This document shows positions 1 to 9,003 of a DNA stretch of 32,000 nucleotides, piece after piece. The stretch spans positions 2,520,001 to 2,552,000 of the forward strand of contig NC_020304.1 in NCBI RefSeq assembly GCF_000341395.1. Reading direction: 5' to 3'. Made by a program: the position numbers and the translations under genes. Within the stretch, counting starts at the first letter, position 1. The number at the start of each line of letters is the position of its first letter. The notes below the pieces were generated by a model that was not told the DNA's origin, made no database searches, and saw only the letters and a program-made list of their open reading frames with translations. The DNA is from Desulfocapsa sulfexigens DSM 10523. Its GTDB lineage: Bacteria; Desulfobacterota; Desulfobulbia; Desulfobulbales; Desulfocapsaceae.

Positions 1-102
1 CAATGCTTTAGCACGTTTTAAAAGACGGATATGGCCAACATGGAGAAAATCAAAAGTGCCATAAGTGAGGATTGTTTTGATATTTGCATCAATAGACATC
101 AT
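1..102 (-). CDS. N-terminal part of a glycerol-3-phosphate cytidylyltransferase/TagD-like nucleotidyltransferase, truncated by the window edge
   Basis: Absent from the ORF track. The reverse complement of 1-102 reads MMSIDANIKTILTYGTFDFLHVGHIRLLKRAKAL, containing the cytidylyltransferase GTFDxxHxGH signature. It starts 1 nt after the stop of the preceding gene. Confidence 0.9.
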   Translation of the reverse strand, partial: MMSIDANIKTILTYGTFDFLHVGHIRLLKRAKAL

Positions 103-103
103 C

Positions 104-1159
104 TTATACCGCTAACTTCAACAATCTTAAGACTGGGTAGGATAGTTTTCCGAGGGACATAAATATTTTGGGTTGTAACCAAAAAAGTGTAAAGGATAAT
201 TTATGTTTTATTGATTTTCCGTTTAGGACGTAGAACCAACCTAGTCTTCTGAATTCGTTGTTACTTTTAAGGAAATGGATGATTTGTTTTGTCCCATCGT
301 TTTTGTTTGATTTGTCTATTAATTTGTATACTGATTCCATATTTAATTTTTCAAATTTTGCAATATTGTAGCCATTGCTTTTCAGTACATCAGAAAAACT
401 ACTTTTACATATTGATGTCTCGATGAAATTGTATATTTTGAATAAATCAAAAATGTTCTTCATCTTTAATTCACTGGTATTTGATCCAGTTCTGAAACGT
501 CTATAATAGTATAAATACTCATTGCACATTGCAACGCGTTTTGCATCCAACATGATTAAGTAGGAAAACTCGATATCCTCGTGGACATGATTTTCTCGGA
601 ACGGAATTTTTATTGCCAAATCACGAGTAATAAATTTGTTGCATGCAGATAGGCAGAACGAATTGTAATTTAGGGATTCAGTGAGAAATATTTTACCAGT
701 TATTATGTTTTCGTGAAGATAACTGTTTCGTTTTATACGTCTATCTCCAATCGCTAGATAATATTCATATACTAATACATCAAGGTTGTGTTTTTTAGCT
801 TTTTTGTAAAGAATTTCGCAGGTATTGTTGGCAATCCAATCATCGCTGTCTATGAACAAAACATACTCGCCGGTAGATTGTTTAACCCCAATATTACGCG
901 CACAACTGGTTCCGGAGTTGGCTTGCTTGATTATTTTTATTCTAGAGTCAATAGATTGATATTTTTCACTAACTTGAAGTGTGTTATCTGTTGACCCATC
1001 ATCTACTATTATAATTTCAATATTCTCTAGTGTTTGATTCACAACAGACTCTAAACATTCACTGATATATGTTTCTACATTATATGCTGGAATTATTAGA
1101 CTTACGTTTGGGGGATTCATCTTAACGGCTTGCCTCTGTAGAGCCATCATTGATAACAA
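104..1159 (-). CDS. Glycosyltransferase family 2
   Basis: 351 aa with PNVSLIIPAYNVETYISECLESVVNQTLENIEIIIVDDGSTDNT and FIDSDDW, the GT-A/GT2 nucleotide-binding and DxD motifs. Confidence 0.93.
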   Translation of the reverse strand: MLSMMALQRQAVKMNPPNVSLIIPAYNVETYISECLESVVNQTLENIEIIIVDDGSTDNTLQVSEKYQSIDSRIKIIKQANSGTSCARNIGVKQSTGEYVLFIDSDDWIANNTCEILYKKAKKHNLDVLVYEYYLAIGDRRIKRNSYLHENIITGKIFLTESLNYNSFCLSACNKFITRDLAIKIPFRENHVHEDIEFSYLIMLDAKRVAMCNEYLYYYRRFRTGSNTSELKMKNIFDLFKIYNFIETSICKSSFSDVLKSNGYNIAKFEKLNMESVYKLIDKSNKNDGTKQIIHFLKSNNEFRRLGWFYVLNGKSIKHKLSFTLFWLQPKIFMSLGKLSYPVLRLLKLAV

Positions 1160-1293
1160 TTATTTCTATATTCTTAAGAGTTTGATCCATTACTGATGAG
1201 AGACATATTGAAAATATATTTTTCAGCGTTAATCGAAGAGATAATAATACTAATTTTCGGTTCCACAAAATCATGTCTGCTAAGGTTAGCTTC

Positions 1294-2205
1294 CTATTTC
1301 ACACTCCATCTTTTTTTTTCACCACAGGCAAGACGAAACATATCTGCGATTTCAAGGCCAATTTTTTTTGAAAAAATTGTCACTACCAAAAGCTTTAATA
1401 ACGAAATAGGAAATTCATAAAACTGATGACACAATGGAATTTGATAGCCCAATTCTTTTGAGATCTGTCTGTTTTCAAGTAAAATACCAAGACCTGATGT
1501 GAGCTTTCCAGAAACACCGCCTATAGGCATTCGATCAATTAAAAGATCGAAATACTCAGGTTCCTTATTTAATATTGATTCCATCATCAAGTAACTATCT
1601 CCAGAAATTCTTAAACGAATGTCGAAAGGCTCATTAGCTACAAAAAGTGACTTATGGTGAAATGTTGCTGGATGCGGTGGCAATTGAGGGCGGAGTAAAG
1701 TCCATTCATTTTTCAATTCACACCACGGCTTATCAATTATATCTATCACTTGTCTTTTTATTTCAGACACCAGAAGTAAATTTCCATATACTAAGTCATG
1801 AAAAGGATGCGCCTTCGCAAGGACTGATGCCATTTTTTCAAGAGTGTCAGGATCAGCCAACTCATCCCCAGCGCCTATGAATTGTATCCATTCCCCTTTT
1901 GCATGTCGCAGCGCTTTGTTCCAAGCATCATAAATCCCCTGGTCCGGTTCACTGAACCACAGGTCAATAATATCTTCGTATTGCTTAACCACTGAAAGAG
2001 TATCATCGGCGGAGGCGCCGTCAGCAATGATCCACTGAATATAAGGATACGTTTGTTTGCGGATTGAGTCTCCCGTCCAGTGTAGGTCTTTTGCAGCATT
2101 AAAAGTTGAAGTGATGATTGTGATTAGAGGTTGATCGGCGGGCTTGTTCGCTGATTCCCACGAAATTTGTCTGCCGTCGATGCGGCTTTGTTCTGTTGGA
2201 TTCAT
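1294..2205 (-). CDS. Glycosyltransferase family 2 (WcaA-like)
   Basis: 303 aa with PLITIITSTFNAAKDL...SIRKQTYPYIQWIIADGASADDT and GIYDAWNKALRHAKGEWIQFIGAGDEL. Confidence 0.92.
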   Translation of the reverse strand: MNPTEQSRIDGRQISWESANKPADQPLITIITSTFNAAKDLHWTGDSIRKQTYPYIQWIIADGASADDTLSVVKQYEDIIDLWFSEPDQGIYDAWNKALRHAKGEWIQFIGAGDELADPDTLEKMASVLAKAHPFHDLVYGNLLLVSEIKRQVIDIIDKPWCELKNEWTLLRPQLPPHPATFHHKSLFVANEPFDIRLRISGDSYLMMESILNKEPEYFDLLIDRMPIGGVSGKLTSGLGILLENRQISKELGYQIPLCHQFYEFPISLLKLLVVTIFSKKIGLEIADMFRLACGEKKRWSVK

Positions 2206-2282
2206 TTAAAACCGTTTTCTGAACTAAACAATTACTTTTGATATAGCCACAAAACCAAACAGTCTCAACTGGACTTTTATAC

Positions 2283-3464
2283 TCACCTATCTAATTCCTC
2301 CAAATCGATCACAGTTTTTACAGTACTTATAATATCAGAAATATTTACGGCTTCGACACAGGGATAGGGGCGTGAAATGTCACTTCTAATATGACATTTC
2401 CAATTACACCCAAAGCATTCCATCTGACGATAAACTGCAATTGGTTTCATTCCAGACACAGCATCAGAATAGGGCATGAAGCGCCCAAAGTGCCCACCGC
2501 CCAACACACAAACCGATGGCGTGGCGACCGATGCCGCAATGTGTACAACCGATGTCTCGTTGCCAACGACAAGTTGCGCTCCACGCAGGATTTCAACAAA
2601 CTCAAGCAGGGTTGTGTCTCCGGTGAAATCGACCCAATTAGTGCAATTGGAGTACTTGATCATCTCGGCAGCGATTGCTCGATCCGCCTTTGAGCCGCAA
2701 GCCACTGGCTGCCACCCATATAAATCATGAACAGCGTCCGCCACCTTGGCAAATGCCCCAGCAGGCCACATACGGCCCGTCGCAGATGCACCAGGAAATA
2801 TAACAAAATAGGCGCTGGATATGTACTTTGCTGATGGCAAAACGGCAACGACCGGCATCTTCGCCACTGCCGAAACCGCCTGCTCAATACCCAGACCACG
2901 AAGAAATTCCGAGTTCCTGTCAAGCTCCATCAAGGGGCGTACACTTGCTGGAACCAAGCTGGTGTACCAGCGATCACCAATCCACTTATGCCACTGATGC
3001 CTGTTGGCCAAATCACCGGTTGAGCCAATACGTAGAGGCGCACCACTCGCCTTTATCAATGCATCACCCGTAAGCAGCACCCGTGAAAACGTCGGCTGAA
3101 TAGCTAAGGATGCGCCAAGCCAGGAAACCTCTCGCATGGTCCGCCAACGGTATCGGAGATCCTTTGTAAAACGTGTAAGGTCAACACCATGCACCTCGTC
3201 AAACAGAACCGACGCTGCAGCAAGATCAACACAAACTTTATTACATGTTAGGATTATTCGTTGGTTGACATAATGCTCCCTTATTGATTTGGCACTATCC
3301 AACCAAAGTACGAAGTCACCAATGGCATCTACACGTATCAAGAGTACGGCATCAGAAGCTTCTTCATGCCTGGCAGCAGTCAACGCGGCACACCAATCGA
3401 CGACTGCAAAAAACGCAACTCGAACTGGGTGGAGAAGCCATTTTATCCAATACAAAAGGTTCAC
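2283..3464 (-). CDS. Glycosyltransferase family 9 (ADP-heptose:LPS heptosyltransferase-like)
   Basis: 393 aa with N-terminal DAVLLIRVDAIGDFVLWLDSAKSIRE and C-terminal LVVGNETSVVHIAASVATPSVCVLGGGHFGRF, typical of GT9. Confidence 0.9.
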   Translation of the reverse strand: MNLLYWIKWLLHPVRVAFFAVVDWCAALTAARHEEASDAVLLIRVDAIGDFVLWLDSAKSIREHYVNQRIILTCNKVCVDLAAASVLFDEVHGVDLTRFTKDLRYRWRTMREVSWLGASLAIQPTFSRVLLTGDALIKASGAPLRIGSTGDLANRHQWHKWIGDRWYTSLVPASVRPLMELDRNSEFLRGLGIEQAVSAVAKMPVVAVLPSAKYISSAYFVIFPGASATGRMWPAGAFAKVADAVHDLYGWQPVACGSKADRAIAAEMIKYSNCTNWVDFTGDTTLLEFVEILRGAQLVVGNETSVVHIAASVATPSVCVLGGGHFGRFMPYSDAVSGMKPIAVYRQMECFGCNWKCHIRSDISRPYPCVEAVNISDIISTVKTVIDLEELDR

Positions 3465-3470
3465 AAACCG

Positions 3471-4220
3471 CTATCCTTGGTTGCCAAGGATTTGTAGCAT
3501 TCCTTTCACTTTTTGCAATCCGGAAACAGCAACCTTTTTTAAAATAGCCTTAGTCATCTGCCGATATGGCTTAAGCCGCCAACGATTCCCAGCAAAATGG
3601 AACACCATTACCGGTATCTCTTGATCGAAACCACCCAAAGACGCAAGAATTGCTGCCCTGTGCTGGCCGTCTCGAATAAGCTTTTGATCACCAAAAAGCA
3701 CTATATAACCAGATTCATGGCAATAGCCATTTTTTTTGATTGAATTACGCAGCTTTTCTAACCGGGTTACATTATCGACTCCAGGATAGTTGTATTGGAC
3801 ATATTCTGTTAAACAACCGCTTTCCCCCTCCAAGAAACGATAGGCTGGCGAACACTTGATTTGCCTTGGCAGCATTACGTCACTGATCTTTGGTACCTTT
3901 ACACGAACTAGAGCTCTCAAATCACCCAATCGGCAAGTTTGTATTTCAACTCGCTGTATATCCTTTATTAAATCGCTCATTTCAAAGAGGAAGTGAGGGT
4001 CAAGTTTTTCAAGTTGATATTTCTGGAAAAGATTCAATTCCTTTAAGGATGATCGAATAAACTTAGTGAATTCAAGGAAATCTTTGATAGTAAAATCAAC
4101 TCTCATATTATCAATATGAAGATGAATCGACTCGCCAATATTGTCCTCTATAACAAATCTCTTTATATCGCCTTTTCTTTTACTTGCATCAGCAAGCGTA
4201 ATAACAGCTAGATTACTCAT
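3471..4220 (-). CDS. Hypothetical protein with a ParB/Srx-like motif in its C-terminal half
   Basis: 249 aa. It contains RLEKLRNSIKKNGYCHESGYIVLFGDQKLIRDGQHRAAILASLG, reminiscent of the ParB nuclease-like motif (DGxHR). Confidence 0.6.
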   Translation of the reverse strand: MSNLAVITLADASKRKGDIKRFVIEDNIGESIHLHIDNMRVDFTIKDFLEFTKFIRSSLKELNLFQKYQLEKLDPHFLFEMSDLIKDIQRVEIQTCRLGDLRALVRVKVPKISDVMLPRQIKCSPAYRFLEGESGCLTEYVQYNYPGVDNVTRLEKLRNSIKKNGYCHESGYIVLFGDQKLIRDGQHRAAILASLGGFDQEIPVMVFHFAGNRWRLKPYRQMTKAILKKVAVSGLQKVKGMLQILGNQG

Positions 4221-4221
4221 C

Positions 4222-4860
4222 TTAATACTCCTTGAACATCATATAAGAAGCAAAAACGCTTTCATAATCTTTGTTTTCGATTAATTTTATTAAATATGGG
4301 GTAAACTTGAAAAATATCAACGTAAGGAGATGACGATACTTATCAAAGTCGATATAAGGTGTTATAGTTTCTAGTTCTTTAATATGCTTTCTTCTGAATT
4401 CTCTTTTGTCAAAAATTGAGTGGCATATTAAATGTATCGCCAAATCTGTATTATCTGGCTGAAAAAACCATATATCTTGTACTCTTTTTTTATTTTTCCA
4501 AATAGATTTCTGAATTTCTTGATGAACAGAAACCCATTCATTGTGGTTTGGACTTTGGTAAGCAAGGGAATAAACAATATCAAAATGCAAATCTCTTTTT
4601 CGGCAAAAAAAGTGCTGGTGCGGTTCTGCATTGTATAAATATATGTTTTTGTCTCTTGAGTCTTCACTGCATTTATAACCTAATTGCGAAAAAAGCACCT
4701 CGATCGTTTTTTTATGTTTCGGCTTGCATAATATGTCAAGATCATTAGACAGTGACACTTTTTTTGGTACATCAGAAAAACCCCTAAGAAAAATAAATTC
4801 AACCTCATTGCCATGCAAGCTATCAAATACTTTCCTCAATTCTCCTAACTTAGAAGTCAT
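4222..4860 (-). CDS. Putative nucleotidyltransferase-like protein
   Basis: 212 aa with EFIFLRGFSDVPKKVSLSNDLDILCKPKHKKTIEVLFSQLGY, resembling (L/R)RG...D-x-D nucleotidyltransferase cores, and a later DLHFDIVYSL. Confidence 0.55.
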   Translation of the reverse strand: MTSKLGELRKVFDSLHGNEVEFIFLRGFSDVPKKVSLSNDLDILCKPKHKKTIEVLFSQLGYKCSEDSRDKNIYLYNAEPHQHFFCRKRDLHFDIVYSLAYQSPNHNEWVSVHQEIQKSIWKNKKRVQDIWFFQPDNTDLAIHLICHSIFDKREFRRKHIKELETITPYIDFDKYRHLLTLIFFKFTPYLIKLIENKDYESVFASYMMFKEY

Positions 4861-5072
4861 TTTATACCCTTTAGGTTTCTCAGGTTTTCTTCTGCTAACA
4901 ATATTGCCAATGCATACCTTATGTAGTCATTTTTTTTTATTTCTAAGCGAAAGCTGTCTGATTGAATATGCACCACTTCCTCATATCCTGAAATATTAGG
5001 GTGGTTTAACTCAATCTCGAATACGGTATTTATTAGTTTCCCCTTTGACAATGTTTTTATCTTTTCACCCAT
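4857..5072 (-). CDS. Small hypothetical protein (71 aa)
   Basis: Overlaps the downstream gene by 4 nt (4857-4860) and the upstream glycosyltransferase gene by 16 nt. This translational-coupling geometry supports it being coding. No recognised domain. Confidence 0.6.
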   Translation of the reverse strand: MGEKIKTLSKGKLINTVFEIELNHPNISGYEEVVHIQSDSFRLEIKKNDYIRYALAILLAEENLRNLKGIK

Positions 5073-6019
5073 CTTAATAGTCTCTTTATTTTATGTATGA
5101 TTTTTGGAAAAAAGGCACTTTTTTTTCTTTCGTGAACCAGTGCCTCAAAGTTTATATTTGGCAAAAAAACAACAGGGTGCTTTAGCGGGAGCGTAATATC
5201 TTTTTTTTCTACACTACCCATGTTACTGCCAGGGGAGGTTGTATGGGTTGCTTCTTCACCAAAACCAATATTTTTCACAAGACTAACATGTGGGATAACG
5301 ATGAGAAATCTGTTGACTAATCTTGTGAAAATCCATTGATAATCCCAAGTGTCTATCTTTCCAGCATAAGTATTTTCAAAAGCACTCAATCTTGTTTTAT
5401 ACTCTTGATTGTTTAATATTGCTCCTTTCAATAGCCCCCCTCGGATAACTTCTGGGAAAAGACCCAAATTAACATCATAGAAACTCCAAGCTCGCCTCCA
5501 GCTCGCCCACCCCCAAATACTCCCAAAATTTGAAAAGTGATATGATTTATTGTTTATGCTAAAGTCCCCAAGGGCATTAAACCCACTTATTTGACCTACC
5601 CGTTCATCATCCTTATACTTTTTCAAAAGCTCTTCACAGAACCAAAAAAAACTCTGATTCGGCAAACAATCATCTTCCAAAATAATCCCCTGCTCCTCGT
5701 TTTCAAAAAACCAAGTGATGGCACTGCTCACGGCATACTTGCATCCAAGGTTTTTATCTCGAAACAAAGTCTTCACCTCGCAAAGCCAGTCAACTGCGGT
5801 AGCTATTTCCCGTACATTAATTACCTTTTCGGCCTCACCTTCATATTCAGGACGTGGGCCGTCAGCAGCCACGTAGAGACGCGGCGGTTTGGCTTTGCGA
5901 ATGGTCTCGAACACCTGAGATGTCGTATCCGGACGGTTGAAGACTAGAAACAGCACGGCAGTGTTTAACGGTGCTGGCGGTGTGAATTTTACAGATTGAG
6001 TCATGGTTTGGTCTGTCAT
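5057..6019 (-). CDS. GT-A fold glycosyltransferase (nucleotide-diphospho-sugar transferase/HlpA-like)
   Basis: 320 aa with NTAVLFLVFNRPDTTSQVFETIRKAKPPRLYVAADGPRP and GIILEDDCLPNQSFFWFCEELL. Confidence 0.85.
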   Translation of the reverse strand: MTDQTMTQSVKFTPPAPLNTAVLFLVFNRPDTTSQVFETIRKAKPPRLYVAADGPRPEYEGEAEKVINVREIATAVDWLCEVKTLFRDKNLGCKYAVSSAITWFFENEEQGIILEDDCLPNQSFFWFCEELLKKYKDDERVGQISGFNALGDFSINNKSYHFSNFGSIWGWASWRRAWSFYDVNLGLFPEVIRGGLLKGAILNNQEYKTRLSAFENTYAGKIDTWDYQWIFTRLVNRFLIVIPHVSLVKNIGFGEEATHTTSPGSNMGSVEKKDITLPLKHPVVFLPNINFEALVHERKKSAFFPKIIHKIKRLLRWVKR

Positions 6020-6024
6020 GTGTC

Positions 6025-6552
6025 TTGGCTCTGAATGAATTCGTCGAAGTAGCCAATGGTCGGCTTCAAACTATTTCCAGGGACACCCTGGGCGCCCCAG
6101 TTAACTTCGCGGCGATTAAGCTCAATATCGGGCTGGCGTTATTTAAGGCCGTCTCCATAGAGGGTAGTCGTTTTAGCGTAGCGCTTGCCCTCGTCAATAG
6201 GAACGCGGAGAGATCTGTTTGACATGACCGACATAACCCCTATTCCGAGGATAAATCTGCTGGTCGTCATAGAGACTCGCTGGTGGATGCCTGAAATCCG
6301 CACCTTAATCAGCCAGGCTAGTCCCAGCGTATTGATGGCCACATGCACGCTGGTCCTGGTGATTTGGTACCGGATCAAGCGACAAATGGATGGAGAGTGC
6401 GGAAAAGCAGATGTTAGATTTCGTCCACCTCCATATAAAGCACGACGGTAATATCGTGGCGCATCATTTCGTTATGGGATTTGACAAGTAAGTGCAGGAT
6501 ATTTCCTTTAGTGCTGGTGGTGAGGGGGCGGGGACGTAGGGTGTAGTGGTTC
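6025..6552 (-). pseudogene. Probable decayed coding remnant of unknown family inside the glycan locus
   Basis: No ORF longer than about 88 aa on either strand. Minus-strand fragments include MNHYTLRPRPLTTSTKGNILHLLVKSHNEMMRHDITVVLYMEVDEI*, then short frame-broken stretches ending ...ELNRREVNWGAQGVPGNSLKPTIGYFDEFIQSQDT*. Flanking genes are otherwise tightly packed and co-oriented. Confidence 0.35.
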
Positions 6553-6565
6553 ATTGGTTCTAGTC

Positions 6566-7906
6566 CTAAAGTCTTGTTGTGGTGCGTTCCCAAATGGCAT
6601 GAAGGTTAAATGATCGTATTTTCATCACAAACATTTTACGGGTGTCTCTTTGAATTGCATCATAAAATAGACATGCTGTAGCCTGTCCAACTACAGTAGC
6701 CACAGCCGCTCCCAATACTCCGTGTAGTGGTATGAATAGAAAATTTAGACCAACATTGACAATTGCCCCCATAACTGTCCGCTGAAGACTCAAGATTTGG
6801 CGGTTTTCAGCAAGAAACCATTTGCCGCTAGCTAAACCGAGAGAGACAAAAACGGCAGCCCAGACATGGATGGCCAGGACTGAACCTGCTTGCTCGTAGG
6901 CATCTCCGAACAACAGCGAAATGATGGTCGTGGATAAGAAGGTCATTGGTAGTGCCACGGCAATAGCAATCCATACCATCAGGTCGTACAGGCACTGCAG
7001 CCGTTCGTAATACTGCTTCTCGCTCCGTTTTTTTGTCTCTAGTATTGCCGGGAAGACAGAAGCTACAATTGCCATGGGGACGAAATACCAAACTTCGCTA
7101 ACCCTCGTTGCTGCGCTATAAATACCTACTGCTTCATCGCCGATCATTTGTCCAAGCATGATCTGGTCAATCTTCATGTAGATCATAATTGCAATGCCGG
7201 ATAGCAGCAGTGGCCAGCTATCTGCCAGTAGGGTCTTCGTACGTTTAAAGCTGGCGGTGAGGCTACTGAGCTGGGGGCCGCGTAGGTCTAGCATCAACAA
7301 CATCAGCAATGCTACGACCAGCGCTTCGGCCATTATTGCCCAGGCAAAGGCAATCAGTGGGCTGTTTTGTAAAATGAGCCCGACCTTGATGACGGCGAAG
7401 AGCAGAAATACGCCATTCTGCACCCAGACGGTGTATTTAGATAATACCTGCGATTCAAACCAGTAAACGGAAACCTTGGCAGCCTTAAACAGCATCATGG
7501 AACCAAGGATGCTGGCAATAGCTTTGGCCAAGGCGTCATCTGCCCGCAACCAAAAGATGGTTGTGAGAATCAGTGTGTAGGCAATGAGGCCACCAAGAAA
7601 TTGCAGTATGGCGGCGGTGCCCAGCGTTTCTTCCTTGCCGCTGGGGTTGTGAACTATGTCCCGCACCACTATGCTCTGCAGTCCTAGGGTAGCAATGGCA
7701 CCAAACAACTCGATAAATGCGGTGGTAAAGTTCAGCAGTCCAAACTGTTCGGGCCCCAGGTAGCGGGCAATCCATACGCCAACAAACAGCCCTACCCCCA
7801 TACGCAGAATTTTATCAAAGAACAGCCAACCGATGTTATCGACAATCTTGAGCAGATTGGGTCGATGCTCAATATAGTGGCGGATAAAAGAAGGAATAAT
7901 ATTCAT
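6566..7906 (-). CDS. Wzx-like oligosaccharide flippase (polysaccharide biosynthesis/MATE-like membrane protein)
   Basis: 446 aa polytopic protein with GVGLFVGVWIARYLGPEQFGLLNFTTAFIELFGAIATLGLQSIVVRDIV and ADSWPLLLSGIAIMIYMKIDQIMLGQMIGDEAVGIYSAATRVSE. Confidence 0.92.
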   Translation of the reverse strand: MNIIPSFIRHYIEHRPNLLKIVDNIGWLFFDKILRMGVGLFVGVWIARYLGPEQFGLLNFTTAFIELFGAIATLGLQSIVVRDIVHNPSGKEETLGTAAILQFLGGLIAYTLILTTIFWLRADDALAKAIASILGSMMLFKAAKVSVYWFESQVLSKYTVWVQNGVFLLFAVIKVGLILQNSPLIAFAWAIMAEALVVALLMLLMLDLRGPQLSSLTASFKRTKTLLADSWPLLLSGIAIMIYMKIDQIMLGQMIGDEAVGIYSAATRVSEVWYFVPMAIVASVFPAILETKKRSEKQYYERLQCLYDLMVWIAIAVALPMTFLSTTIISLLFGDAYEQAGSVLAIHVWAAVFVSLGLASGKWFLAENRQILSLQRTVMGAIVNVGLNFLFIPLHGVLGAAVATVVGQATACLFYDAIQRDTRKMFVMKIRSFNLHAIWERTTTRL

Positions 7907-8219
7907 ATACGCTCAAGCCTTTACACCATGTGGTTATTGACGATAATCCATAGCCCAACCTACATCCTTTATCACCCTTTCATCCCGCTGCGCGACTCAC
8001 GGAACTGTTTGTATCATTTCGGTAGTCAGTCGAGCGTTTATTCCATTTTTGGCAGAATACCCAGCAGTTTTGCCATCTCACCCAAAACCAAAATATGGGT
8101 TCACTACAAGCAGGAAGACATCTTCATCGGCTAAACTCTTGAGCCGTCTTCCCTGTATCTAATTGTGTGAATGAATTGGCTTCATTGTACGTTGAATTGG
8201 TTCGTGTTATAGCTTTTTT

Positions 8220-8630
8220 CTAATTGTCTTGGATGAAGACAAGAGGGGATATGTTGAATTTTAAGCTTAGTTCTTTGACTTGCCTGATATTCAAATGCCT
8301 CTTTCCTTTCAAAATTTCTGACACAACGCCCTGACTACCAATTTCTGGTAGATCTGTTTGTTTCAGATTGTGCTCTTTCATTAAGTAGCGTAATGATTCA
8401 ATTGGGTGGCCATGCATTGTTGGGACATTCTTGTTCTCATAGGTTTCGATTAAATTACCAATACTCTCCATTAATGAGGCCAGTGGGTGATTTTCGTTTT
8501 CACCTACTTCATCTATGAGGTTGTCCAGCATGGAAACAAGGTGTTCGTATTCTTCTTCGGTATGGGGAACAGAGAAAATACTTTTAATTTTGGGCCATAC
8601 ATTGGCGATATCTTCTAATTGAGTTTCCAT
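8220..8630 (-). CDS. higA: HigA-type antitoxin (HTH protein)
   Basis: The likely start is METQLEDIANVWPKIKS (ATG at 8630-8628) rather than the longer ORF start at 8660. The C-terminal HTH reads PIESLRYLMKEHNLKQTDLPEIGSQGVVSEILKGKRHLNIRQVKELSLKFNI. It lies directly downstream of the toxin. Confidence 0.85.
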   Translation of the reverse strand: METQLEDIANVWPKIKSIFSVPHTEEEYEHLVSMLDNLIDEVGENENHPLASLMESIGNLIETYENKNVPTMHGHPIESLRYLMKEHNLKQTDLPEIGSQGVVSEILKGKRHLNIRQVKELSLKFNISPLVFIQDN

Positions 8631-8631
8631 T

Positions 8632-8922
8632 TTATCCCTCCCTCCATTTATTTTTGTCATATTCTTTATGCGTCAGAATATTACGGACATATAATCGTTG
8701 TGTGTTGTAGTGAATAGCGGCTATAAGCCTTGCTTTATTCCCTCCAACATTAAATACTGTTAATCCTTCAACTTGGTCTGCGCTTGGGAATATAGTTCTT
8801 AGTTCGGAAAAATTTAAAATGGTGGAATTTTTTAAAATTCTATACCAAGATTCAAGAGCAGTTGCGCACTGAGGATGTTCGTTGGCAAAATCTGTTAGTC
8901 GCTTACGAGTGATGATATGCAT
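8632..8922 (-). CDS. higB: HigB-type mRNA interferase toxin
   Basis: 96 aa, MHIITRKRLTDFANEHPQCATALESWYRILKNS...VFNVGGNKARLIAAIHYNTQRLYVRNILTHKEYDKNKW, characteristic of the HigB_toxin family. Confidence 0.88.
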   Translation of the reverse strand: MHIITRKRLTDFANEHPQCATALESWYRILKNSTILNFSELRTIFPSADQVEGLTVFNVGGNKARLIAAIHYNTQRLYVRNILTHKEYDKNKWREG

Positions 8923-8928
8923 ACTTAC

Positions 8929-8956
8929 ACAATATCTCGATTTGCGATCTTGTCAA
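8929..8956 (-). promoter_or_regulatory. Candidate sigma70-type promoter of higBA
   Basis: On the minus strand, TTGACA (8956-8951), a 16-nt spacer, then TATTGT (8934-8929). It lies just upstream of the toxin ATG at 8922. Confidence 0.4.
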
Positions 8957-9003
8957 TATTTAACATGCAGGATAGGCTTAAATTGTGTCAGCGAAAAAAA
9001 ACA

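Noticed and set aside
3471-4220. Assigning the ParB-like protein to chromosome or plasmid partitioning
   Set aside because: There is no ParA partner, no parS-like sites were noticed, and the context is a polysaccharide operon.
6025-6552. Insertion sequence/transposase remnant
   Set aside because: I could not identify terminal inverted repeats, target-site duplications or DDE/HTH transposase motifs, so only an unspecific decayed remnant is reported.
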